Origin: Octopus vulgaris
Taxonomy: Eukaryota
Assembly (NCBI GenBank): GCA_951406725.2
Contig: OX597814.1
Location: 74,648,001 to 74,712,000 of the forward strand
Reading direction: 5' to 3'
DNA length: 64,000 bases
Shown here: positions 36,796-46,941 of the stretch, piece by piece
Position numbering within the stretch: position 1 is the first letter of the stretch
Layout of the letters: each line of letters begins with the position of its first letter
Made by a program: the position numbers and the translations under genes
The notes under the pieces: generated by a model
Database searches by the model: none
What the model was told of the DNA's origin: nothing
What the model saw: the letters and a program-made list of their open reading frames with translations, nothing else

Positions 36796-38173
36796 ATGGA
36801 GTCCCCCATCACTTATTCGCCCGTGACGAGCGAGGATGAATACCCGGCGTTGTCGCCAAGTAAAAAAGAGGCGTTGTCGCCAAGAAAAAAGGGCGCTGTC
36901 GCCGAAGAAAAAAGAGGCGGCGTCGCCCAAGAAAATGGAAAAATCAGTACCAGCATCAACTCCAGCAAAAAAATTCGCTGAAGTGGCTGGGAAGAAAATT
37001 AAAAAAATTAACGTGGACAACCTGGGAAAACATGCGGACTGTGTGTCAAAAGAGGGCACGGAAGTAACCGTGGCTTCAAACGCCCAAATACAGGAGGATA
37101 TTTCGAATAGGAGAATAATCTATAAGACATTCAGTATAACAAACAGAGCAATCCAAAAAATAGAGGAGAAAAAGATTGAAAACTGCTTAAAGCCAATAAT
37201 GGATAAAATTACGTATATCAATCGAGGGAAGAAATACGGCACAGTGGAGGTGAGATTCACGTCAGAGGAGGTAGCGAAGAAGCTATCCATGGAACCCATA
37301 AAAGCGGAGGATATTGTTCTCCTACCCCTGTATAAAGGCAAGAGAACTTCCAAGATCACAATGAACAACATCCCGCCAGAAGCGGATGCCGAAGTCCTAG
37401 TGGCAGCAGTTATGGTAGGCCTGGAGGAAAAAATAAACATCCTCCAGGCCACCGTAGAAGAAGAAGAATTCTGGAAAGGGCAAAAGATAATAATAGCCAT
37501 ACGAGCAGAAGTACAAACCCTGGAAGAGATCCCAGAGACTCTAAGGATAAGCGAAGATGAAAGAGTCACAGTCTTCGTAGAGGGCAGAAAGCCGAGGTGC
37601 TTCGGCTGCGGTAAGAAGGGGCATGTAAGGGCGGAATGCCAGCCCCAACCCAAACCGCAGGAAGCACCTAAGCCAAAAGAAAAAGAAGACAATGTGTCAC
37701 CAGAAGCAGCGTCAGACGGCCCAGAAGGGAAGACTGAAGGTGTGGAGGTGATGGTAACAGCAGAACCAGCGGCGGAGAAAAAAAAGAGCGAGGAAAAGAT
37801 AAATGAGGAGGGGTGGGCAAAAATTATCGGAAAAAAAAAAAGAAAAACGGAAACCACCCCTCCCAGAGTAATTTTAAAAAAGAAAAAAGAGTCAATGAAC
37901 TCATATATGGCCGTAAAAGCATCAAATAGCAGACTCGGAAACGTGTTGGCAGCCATGGCCAAAGTGAAGAAAGTAGAGAAAAAAAATGACTTTGTAATTT
38001 ACAAAATAGACCGGAAGGATTACGGGCGGATAAAGTCAGAATTCTTCCATGACGTAGGCCCACTTAGGTTGGATGTAACATCTCCACATATATTCGAGGG
38101 CCTACGTCAGACTCCCCCACGAGGCCCAGAAAAAGAGAAGGAAGAAGAAGAAAAAACCGAACCACTGATATAA
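36796..38173 (+). CDS. ORF1p (gag-like, CCHC zinc knuckle); probable true start 36796 with a frameshift in a 24-bp repeat at ~36890
   Basis: MESPITYSPVTSEDEYPALSPSKKEALSPRKK joins ALSPKKKEAASPKKMEK...; VEGRKPRCFGCGKKGHVRAEC. Confidence 0.88.
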
Positions 38174-38182
38174 AGGTAAGTA

Positions 38183-41100
38183 ATGGATTACATTTATGTT
38201 GGTTGTTTAAATGTGCGCGGCCTGGGAGCAGGCTGGAAGCAAGGTCGCTTCCTGCATGATATCAGGTCGCGTAATTTAGATGTTATTGTTGCTACAGAAA
38301 CCCGGTTAGAGGGGCCAAGAGGTCTACTCCCGCTGTTTGACGGCTACGAGAGTTTTTTCTCTCCTGGCAGTCCTACAGGCGGGAGTGGGGTGTTGGTCCT
38401 ATTAAAAAGAAACCGGGTTTCTGAGAAAAAGTTAATTTTTGCAGATCCAGAAGGTAGGCTGGTCGTCATGGATTTGACGTTCAGTAATGGTAAAGTTATC
38501 AGACTGGTTGCAATTTACGCACCCAACCATACAGGGCAAAGTGATTATTTTCGTGAACTAGAAAACTTTCTTGGTACTTCGCATTCATTAGTGGTGCTAG
38601 GAGACTTTAACACAATTTGCAAAGCGGATGTAGATTATGTTGGCTCGTGTCCAGATAGAAAAGGCAACAGTGGCTTCATGGAACTGCTAAGCCGCTTTGA
38701 GCTAGCAGATCCTTATAGGCTGGAATTTCCGAACGCTCCATTGTGGACATGGTCAAACAGCGACGGATCTTCCAGGTCATATCTAGATAGAATACTAATT
38801 AGAAAAGTAGACAGTAAAATAGCTAAGTGTCCACAGTTTTACCCGATCAGCTACAGTGATCATAAAATGGTCACTTGTAAGCTTGACATAGATAAGGTTA
38901 AAAATAGAGGATCCGGTTACTGGAAACTTAATACGTCCCTTTTGGCGATTAAGGAGTACAAAGACCGGATTAGGAATATAATTCAGAGGGCACTATCTGG
39001 TACCATCATTAATAACAAATGGTGGTACGCCCTCAAACGAGCCATCAAGTTTGAGTCTATTAGATATAGCATAGGAGTAGTGGCTAGAGAGGCTAGAAGG
39101 GAAACTACTCTAGTTAAGGAATTAGAGGAAGCCATGAAAACTGGCTCTGCGGCTCAGGTGGCGGCCAAGAGACTGGTGTTAAACCAGCACCTCGAGGCCA
39201 AACACATGGGCTGCATTGTCAGGGCTAGAATCCGTCATATGGGATGTGAAGGAATCAACGCCGTGAGATGGGCCCGAGTGGTGGAAGCTCAGCATGGTAA
39301 CGATGCCACGATTCGATCTTTGACGAACCAACAAGGTGAGTTGATAAACGAACCCGAGGAGATGTGTGAGGCCTTTCAGGAGCACTTCGCTCAGCTTTTC
39401 GGTGAGTGCGGCGGACTGGATAGGAGGAGGGCCTTTACGGACCTACTCGACGGTCTGCCGCGCTTATCGGGGCGAGATGCGGAGGGCTGTGAAGGGCCAA
39501 TCACGCCTGAGGAGGTGGTTGAGGCAATGGCGGACTGCGGCGCGGGCAAGGCGCCGGGTTTGGATGGTCTACCCTATGAGTTATATAAGAGTATGCCAGA
39601 CTTGTTCGGGCACCTACTGGCGGAGGTCTACGCGAACTGGCAGCAGAACGGGCTTATACCCAGATCTGTGCGCCGGGGAGTAGTGACTCTCGTCAGAAAG
39701 GACCCGAGCAAGGGGGAGTGCATTGATAATTTCAGGCCCATCACTCTGCTAAACACAGAGTTGAAGATTTTGGCCAAAGTGTTATCGAAAAGATTGGCGC
39801 GTGTCGCGGATGGTCTGATCGGAGGGGCACAGACATGTGCCGTTCCGGGCAGATCCATTCAGGATAATCTCCATCTAATGCGGTACACTATAGAGGGGTT
39901 TAATAGTGATTCTGGCAAGGGTGGGGCACTGGTCCATTTAGACCAATCTAAAGCTTTTGATAGGGTCGACCATCGTTACCTGGTATCTGCCCTGGCACAG
40001 TTCGGGCTGAGCCTTGGATTCCTCAGGTGGATTATCGAAATTTATGATAACATCGACTCGGTAGTTCGGGTGAACGGCTTCTTGTCGAAGCCGTTCAAAA
40101 TCAAACGCTCGGTTCGTCAAGGGTGTCCGCTCTCCCCGCTTTTGTACGTGATGGCTCTTGAGCCATTACTGCGAAAACTGAGCGGCATCCCGAGACAGCC
40201 AGGTAATGGAAAATCAGTGTCAGCGTACGCGGATGACATCACCATCATCGTAACCGAAATGGACCACCTATGTAAAGTAGGCAAGGCCATAGAGGTGTAC
40301 GAGACGGTGACAGGAGCAAAAGTTAATCGCGAAAAGTCAGTCGGCTTGCAACTCGGCACCTGGAGAGGCAAGTCGATGCCTCCTGACAGCGTCGTGGGAC
40401 GTTGGACGGAGGGTCCGATTAAACTGCTAGGGGTCTGGTTCGGTCCAGACCTCCAAATAGAGAAGAATTGGGGCGAGGTAACGAGCAAGGTGGCTGCAGT
40501 AGCCAAGACCTGGTCTTGGCGGTGGCTATCCCTGAAAGGGAGGGCGGAGGTGGCCAATGTGTTTATCGCATCGGTTATCACCTACCGCCTTTCCGTCGTT
40601 CCTTGCCCTGATTCGTGGTTGATCAAGTTGGAAAGACAGCTCTTCTACTTCTTGTGGAAGGGCGGGAAACCACTTGTGAAACGCTCTACTTGCTGTCAAC
40701 AACCGTTAAAGGGTGGGCTAGGGATGCCTTGGCTGATGATGCGCAGACATGCGCTGAGGTTAAGACATCTGTGGCTCTACCTGGATGGTGAACGGGTGTG
40801 GTCTTCGCTAGCAAAACTGATGTTTCCCAAGTTCACTAGTTTCGGTGGATGGGAAACCTGGCTGAATCGTAGATCGAAACTTGGTACTTGGTACACGGAG
40901 TGTCGCAAGGCTCTCCTGCTATTCCGTCGCTCGGGCAACGCCTGCGGTGGGGGTTCCACCACATTCTTCTATAGAGGGTTGGTAGAGGCGGAATGTGAAG
41001 ATACCTTGGGGGAAACCCTAGGTCTCGACGATAATCAGCTGGCCAGTCTGTTCCGACGTACGTTCGAGCCAAGGACACTGGACAACTTCCAGAAGTCTCT

Positions 41101-41578
41101 GGCATGGCAATGCTACAGAGGAGCTCTACCTGTTCGGGATAAACTCGCAAGGCACGGTGGCCAAGACAGTCCGATATGTCCAAGATGCGGGCGGGATAGG
41201 GAAACCGTCCCGCACGCGATTGTTCATTGTCCGGACGTGTCTGAGGTGTGGGTTTATGCCGAACACCTGTTGTCAGGTACACGAAGAGTACAGCTGTCGA
41301 CTGAGTCGATTACAAAAATTGACCCACCGGATTTCCTCGTGAATGAAGGTAAGTTTCGTTTTCTCGTTGTAGTAGCAATCGCGAAAGAGGTGATATGGAA
41401 GACGAGAATGAAAGGTTTACAGTCAGGCAAGTTCATCTCCGGCCCTGGTTTGATGAATTATTTCATCTTTCACCTGAAAAGGAAGATAGGGCTGGAGAGA
41501 ATATGCCTGACTAGGAGAGCGTATGAAGAACGATGGAAGGATGTAGCACGGAAGTTGCGAATGAAAGTTACAACATAA
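38183..41578 (+). CDS. ORF2p: APE endonuclease, reverse transcriptase and C-terminal zinc finger (1131 aa, intact)
   Basis: EN motifs NVRGL, TET, IYAP, GDFN, YLD, SDH; RT motifs PGLDG, FRPITLLN, LDQSKAFDRV, RQGCPLSP, YADD; GGLG; CPRC...H...C; GYWKLN linker typical of L1/Tx1. Confidence 0.97.
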   Translation: MDYIYVGCLNVRGLGAGWKQGRFLHDIRSRNLDVIVATETRLEGPRGLLPLFDGYESFFSPGSPTGGSGVLVLLKRNRVSEKKLIFADPEGRLVVMDLTFSNGKVIRLVAIYAPNHTGQSDYFRELENFLGTSHSLVVLGDFNTICKADVDYVGSCPDRKGNSGFMELLSRFELADPYRLEFPNAPLWTWSNSDGSSRSYLDRILIRKVDSKIAKCPQFYPISYSDHKMVTCKLDIDKVKNRGSGYWKLNTSLLAIKEYKDRIRNIIQRALSGTIINNKWWYALKRAIKFESIRYSIGVVAREARRETTLVKELEEAMKTGSAAQVAAKRLVLNQHLEAKHMGCIVRARIRHMGCEGINAVRWARVVEAQHGNDATIRSLTNQQGELINEPEEMCEAFQEHFAQLFGECGGLDRRRAFTDLLDGLPRLSGRDAEGCEGPITPEEVVEAMADCGAGKAPGLDGLPYELYKSMPDLFGHLLAEVYANWQQNGLIPRSVRRGVVTLVRKDPSKGECIDNFRPITLLNTELKILAKVLSKRLARVADGLIGGAQTCAVPGRSIQDNLHLMRYTIEGFNSDSGKGGALVHLDQSKAFDRVDHRYLVSALAQFGLSLGFLRWIIEIYDNIDSVVRVNGFLSKPFKIKRSVRQGCPLSPLLYVMALEPLLRKLSGIPRQPGNGKSVSAYADDITIIVTEMDHLCKVGKAIEVYETVTGAKVNREKSVGLQLGTWRGKSMPPDSVVGRWTEGPIKLLGVWFGPDLQIEKNWGEVTSKVAAVAKTWSWRWLSLKGRAEVANVFIASVITYRLSVVPCPDSWLIKLERQLFYFLWKGGKPLVKRSTCCQQPLKGGLGMPWLMMRRHALRLRHLWLYLDGERVWSSLAKLMFPKFTSFGGWETWLNRRSKLGTWYTECRKALLLFRRSGNACGGGSTTFFYRGLVEAECEDTLGETLGLDDNQLASLFRRTFEPRTLDNFQKSLAWQCYRGALPVRDKLARHGGQDSPICPRCGRDRETVPHAIVHCPDVSEVWVYAEHLLSGTRRVQLSTESITKIDPPDFLVNEGKFRFLVVVAIAKEVIWKTRMKGLQSGKFISGPGLMNYFIFHLKRKIGLERICLTRRAYEERWKDVARKLRMKVTT

Positions 41579-41824
41579 ATGTAATACCAAGTGCAACCAA
41601 AAGTATCAGTGGGGAGGCGGGGCTCGTGGGGTCCGAGCTAAACCCGCACCCACTCCACCCGTAATGTCTTCCGGTCTGTCCTATCACTCGATTTCTGTCC
41701 ATTTATTGTTATTCATGAAAATTTTTAAACCCGATTTATTGTAAAAACCCATTCGTTTGTCTGACCCCATCATCAGATTGTATTGTCCCATCTGTGTTCG
41801 CCCCTTGTGGGTAATAATAAAACA

Positions 41825-42145
41825 ACATGGAGGAAAGCACCTTCGAAAAGTGTCTTGGTGCGACTATGAAAGTTATCTAATCAGAGGCGGTAAACTCGCC
41901 ACAATAGAAGCAAGGTTCGAGTCAACGGAGCGTGCAAAGGAGTACTCGACTCGAACTTGTAAAGTGGAAATATTCTATTTCTACCTTTATATCTGGGACG
42001 TAGGACGTCCCGGAAAAAATTTAAAATGCCCCCCCCCCCCCCCGAAGTAGAGGTAGGTTGGATTGTAGCCACACTTCTATACAAGAGGGAGGACAAGATA
42101 CAATTGATCGAAATTACAAGAGACGGGCTAACAATTCCAGTCTGT
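41825..42145 (+). pseudogene. Right half of the decayed LINE ORF1 fragment (insertion target)
   Basis: Frameshifted MEESTFEKCL / SYLIRGGKLATIEARFESTERAKEYS / FLPLYLGRRTSR / PEVEVGWIVATLLYKREDKIQLIEI, collinear with the ORF1s of units A-F. Confidence 0.85.
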
Positions 42146-42589
42146 TATATATTTTGAGTATTGTTATCACTAGCGATATCAAGATATAACTTTGTATTTT
42201 GTATTTTATGTGTAGATGTATATACATAGATGTACATGTAATATGTACACATATATATACACATATATACATGCACTAGCACTATGACCCGGCAACGACG
42301 GGTCTTTAATGCTAGTATTATAATAACTATACATACATGGGTACTTACAACATGGATACTTACAAAATGTGTGTGAGCGTATATATGTATGTATGTATAA
42401 TATTTTAAGACTCCATTACTCAAATTCCATTCACAAAGCTTCAAAACTGTATTTATAGAAAATTAAATTGCATAAATATTACAAGCCGACCGTATTCTCA
42501 TTCCCTACCAATAACCTACACTTGCATATGCGGGAGTGGATCAGTTAGTGCATTTATGCATAATTTTTTCCGTTATTCCATTTTTAATA

Positions 42590-42809
42590 CGAGAAGGTGC
42601 TGAAAAGTTCCTGGCTTTAAGAGTATCACGAAAGGCCTGGTCGGAGGCCCAAACTTCCGAGTCCTTTTACAACAGAGCTTAGAAAAACTGAAGAACCGAT
42701 GCAATGAATGTGTGAATCTGAGAGAGGAATGTATTGAATAATATCATAATTAACTGATCCTCTTGTATTTCCTTTTTCCTTAAGCCAAGAACTTTTCAGC
42801 ACCCCTTCA
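42590..42809. mobile_element. Mariner-derived MITE
   Basis: TA|cgagaaggtgctgaaaagttcctggctt ... aagccaagaacttttcagcaccccttca|TA. Confidence 0.75.
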
Positions 42810-43524
42810 TATATCTCACTTTGTGAATTCATCTCCGAACAAATTGCTTTCATTCTCCATTTTAAATGGTTTTAAATACATCTGTGGTAATTCCATATTG
42901 GTGCGTATCGCTGATGACGTTTGAATTTTTTTTTTTGTCATTTTGCTTTGGTTTTTATTTTGTTACTATTTTAACCGACTTCATTCACATTACAGATGCT
43001 TCAATCTCGATATTCTGAAAAGCCCGAGAAAAAAATTATGAATATCCCGTAAATATAAGTTTATACCTTCCTACTCCACATTCAAGAAAGACCGTTTCAC
43101 ACTTCACAGGTTGTGTATTGAGTAATTTATATTCGTCAATAAGTCGTCTATTGAATAATTTCTATTCGTACATAGAGGGTTATTTACTTGCGCATTTATG
43201 GTACTCCTTGAAGTTTGTGGTACTTCTCTTAGCAAGTATGTAATATATTTATAGCAGTTTTATACTTTTATAAAATCAACCAGTTATGCCACGGGCAAAA
43301 TATTTTGTATTTTACACTATTAAAAAATAAAAATTACTGAGATACTCTTTGAGCAGGTCACGACGAAGATCATACTCAATAAAGGAACTGATTTATAATC
43401 ATCACCATTCAAAACTATCATTTTTTAGTTTCATGCGGTCGGTAAAAAAATATATTTTCTCGATTTTTCGAGACATTTTAAAAAAATTGAATATTGCTAC
43501 AAGTTAAATTTAAAATAAAATATA

Positions 43525-44326
43525 GGATCGTTACCTTTTGACCGACAAATTTAAAAAATAATTTTTTGTAACTAAACACTTTCAAACTGCGAACACTGGT
43601 AGAATGTGTCATACAAAACATGTTTTACTCGCAGAATTTTTGAGAAAAACTTATATTTACGAAGTTATTTCACGTTTAAGTTCTCGTATTTCGGTAATTT
43701 CAACCAATGACGTGTATTCAGTTGAATAAAATTACTGCCGTTGTTTGTCAACAACAACTGTCGGTGGTGTATTTTTCGTTTGTCACTGTTATTTATGACA
43801 TCGTTCGTGCGTTTGTACTGGTTTTAAGGTTTTGGGTTAGGGTTAGGGTTAGGGTTTTAGGGTTAGGGTTAGGGGTAGGGTTTTAGGTTTTAGGGTTAGG
43901 GTGTTAGGGTTAGGGTTTTAGGGTTAGGGTTAGGGTTAGGGTTTTAGGTTTTAGGGTTAGGGTGTTAGGTTAGGGTTTTAGGGTTAGGGTTAGGGTTATA
44001 AGGTCAGGGTTAGGGTTTTAGGGTAAGGGTTAGGGTTAGGGTTTTAGGGTTAGGGTTGTCATAAATAACAGTGACAAACGAAAAATACACCGCCAGAAGT
44101 TCTTGTTGACAAACAACGGCAGTAATTTTATTCAGCTGAATACACGTTGAAATTACCGAAATTTTACAACTTTAACGTGGAATAACTTCGTAAATATATG
44201 TTTTTCTCAAAAATGCTAAGAGTAAAACATGTTTTATATGACACATTCTACCAGTGTCCGAAGTTTGAAAGTGTTTAGTTACAAGAAATTATTTTTTTAA
44301 ATCTATAGGTCAAAAGGTAAAGATCC
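43525..44326. mobile_element. Foldback DNA element with ~275-bp TIRs, GGATC termini, 8-bp TSD and an internal telomeric repeat tract
   Basis: aaaatata|ggatcgttaccttttgacc...tgttatttatgaca / tgtcataaataaca...ggtcaaaaggtaaagatcc|aaaatata. Confidence 0.85.
43820..44057 (+). repeat. Interstitial (TTAGGG)n tract with TTTTAGGG variants
   Basis: Direct reading. Confidence 0.95.
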
Positions 44327-45149
44327 AAAATATATTCTAATTAGTTTGTATAAACAATGACTTATGGTTTCAGTAGCTTACTAAACTTTCATGAATAAAA
44401 ATCATGTTTATTACTTTTAGTTTTGTATTTACATATTATATGTATACATTCTTTACCTTCAATTACTATAGTTAAGATACGCTATCAATTCAATTAAATA
44501 CAAAACAGGTTGTGCGGTAAGTTGCTTCCCAACCATATAAAGAAGCCTGTCGTGTGTGTGTGTTTGTGTGTGTTTCTTTCCCACCACCACTTTACAACCG
44601 GTGTTCGCATGTTTTCGTTCCCGAAACTTAGCGGTTTGACAAAAGTATCTGACAGAATAAGTACGAGGTTTAAAAAAATTAGTACTAGGGTCGATTCGTT
44701 CGACTAAAATTCCTCAAGGCGATGTCCCAGTATGGCCGCGGTCTAATGACAAAAACGAGTAAAAGGTAAAACATAATAGATAAATAATGTCATTAATTGT
44801 GAATTTCTGAATAATACATTCTAATCCAATGAATATTTTTGATATAATTTAAATTCAAGACAACCTTGTTTGTTCACTCACCAAAAATTTACGATGAGTA
44901 TATAATGCTAACGAGTCGCCCTGTATTCTTTCATTAAATTTTGCGCAGTAAAGCTTCACGTCACGTCTGATATTTTGTCGAAAGAAGTCCCTCTAAGTTG
45001 CTTCATGTGTTATACTTTTCTAGTTTATCTGAGACCATGCAGCGAAACTTGAAATTAAATTGGAAATTAAAACAAGTTAGATAAAATCCAATAGTATGAG
45101 GCAAATATTGGTTTCAAGTTTTGGCTCAAGGCAAGCAGTTTCGTGGTAC

Positions 45150-45306
45150 GGGGTAAATTGATTACATCGACCCCATTTATCAACTGGTACTTATTTTATG
45201 AAAGGCAAAGTCGACCTCGGCGGAATTTGAGCTCAGAACATAAGACGGATGAAATGCCGCTAAGCATTTTGCCCGGAGTGCTAACGATTCTGCCAGCTCG
45301 CCGCCT
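45150..45306 (-). mobile_element. tRNA-derived SINE (same family as 9383-9611)
   Basis: gattacatcgacccc...gaaaggcaaagtcgacctcggcggaatttga...ctgccagctcgccgcc; further copies at 60636-60792, 60915-61040 (+) and 11680-11850 (+). Confidence 0.8.
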
Positions 45307-46666
45307 TTATGAAGGTAAATATTTTAGTAAAAAATAGGTTAATCTGAAATCATTCGGAGGGAAGGAGCCGATTTAGCTTTTCTACACAATTACGTGGTAT
45401 TTAAATCAAATTATGAAACATTGTGTTACTATTTTAATATGGCGGAATTTTTCGACACAGTTATTATTAAATTTTGGATTTGTGGAAATGTACAATCCAA
45501 AGTCTATTCTTTTGCAGGAAAAAATTGTAATAACCAGCAAATAATAATCTTAATGCTCGAATATGAAATAAACAAAATTCACTTGCGCCCTCTCGTTTTG
45601 AACTTTTAACGACCCCCCCATCCCACTGATTTGAAAAGCTTGTAAAAAAATTCGGAATAATGTAAATTTCATGCAAAACGTTTTAGGTATAGAATTCGCT
45701 TCACTAACGTGCACGTCAATTTCAATTATAAAACTTGCGATAAAAATAAAGGAGATTTGAGCTACGGCCGTAAATATTTGTTAGATACAGTGAGAATCTG
45801 TTTTCGCGCATATTCTAATGAATTATATGACAGGAATCATAATCTGTATCAGTGGCGACTCCGACACTCGGAGTATAAATTTAGTAAAGTGAACATGCAT
45901 TTGCAAGTTGATTTAATTTCTGCAAGCACTGACTTCAAACATGTAATTGCAGCCAATAACTCAGGCTCCTTTTATTGAGCCTTGGTCGCAGTTCATTTAT
46001 TTTCGTTCAGCGTCATTCATAGCAGACGTTCTCACGACATCGTTCACACACACCTCACTCGGACTCAGAAGTTACAGCCTGAGTTGTTATCTGTAATTGT
46101 AAAAATCAAAAGTAATCCAAATTCAATGTTTTATTAAAGCCATAAATTTCTCTAGAGATTAGGATTTAAATTCCAATCTATGAAAGGTTTCCATCCTACA
46201 ATATTTTTAAGGGAACGAAAATTTATCCAGCAACTCGGGCTTATACGAACGAGCCTGGTAGGTGTAAAAGACTAACTGGCATCTCTTGTCAAGAGTACGG
46301 GCGACAGTCAGATCACCGGTGTTTGTTGTGCACTCCGCTGTAGTTATTTCATTGCTGTTGTTCTGTGCGTCTGTGTAAAGATCAGTTGTGTTTTGCAGGG
46401 TTGCTTTATTTTCCCCTTAGCTTAGAAATGGAGAAAGACATATTAAAACTATATTTCTGTTTCATTGTTAAATTATCAGTGCACATATAAGTCTGCGGTG
46501 CGCATTATCACTCTTACCTTCTTTTATATATGTGTCTTATGCGAAATCTGTGGTGAGCTCGAGTGACGCTGATGACCTGGAGTCGCCTCTGATATATATG
46601 TGTACATATATGAATATATATCATGTATATACATACATATGTATGTATACACACACACATACACAT

Positions 46667-46941
46667 TAAAGGAAAACAAAACTATGGAAGGACGAGCATC
46701 TCAGGTCAGTGAATTCTTTTATATACTGTAAATTCCCTGTCTGGAACTTTCTTGCATATACACCTTGTCTCTGATGACGGAATACCCAGTGTATGGATAT
46801 ATTGATCCATCATCTGTGATATCCCAGAAACAGCTGTGAAGCATTAATTGTTTTTACTTCTCCATTTTTGATTCACCTTACTCTAATTAAATATTCTGAA
46901 TGACCTGAGATACTCATCCTGCCTTGGTTTTGTTTTCCATT
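46667..46941. mobile_element. Short palindromic element with a degenerate central hammerhead-like core
   Basis: Arms ggaaaacaaaactatggaaggacgagcatctcaggtca / tgacctgagatactcatcctgccttggttttgttttcc; CTGATGA at 46771 and GAAAcagctgt at 46827. Confidence 0.55.

Larger units (their letters stand above)
36577..41824 (+). mobile_element. Full-length Tx1/L1-clade non-LTR retrotransposon (unit F) with 12-bp TSD
   Basis: 5' UTR, ORF1, ORF2 and 3' UTR ending cgccccttgtgggtaataataaaac; acatggaggaaa at 36565-36576 and 41825-41836. Confidence 0.95.
26258..42315 (+). mobile_element. Putative non-autonomous Helitron (~1.2 kb net) hosting the whole retroelement array
   Basis: 5' A|TCtttatatatatataaaactgagaatgtgtgtctgtctg at 26258; 3' hairpin gacccg-gcaacga-cgggtc (42286-42304) then CTAG|T at 42312-42316; same architecture as the Helitron at 8641-9026. 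Pairing of the two ends is inferred. Confidence 0.55.

Noticed and set aside
27097-41436. Many minus-strand ORFs (e.g. 37120-37962, 27739-28281)
   Set aside because: Antisense shadows of purine-rich ORF1/ORF2 coding sequence.
26943-41824. CRISPR-like or integron-like array (conserved junction repeat with variable cargo)
   Set aside because: The repeats are retroelement termini, with no cas or integrase genes, in a eukaryotic context.
43820-44057. True telomere or chromosome-fusion site
   Set aside because: Short, single orientation, and enclosed by TIRs with a TSD.
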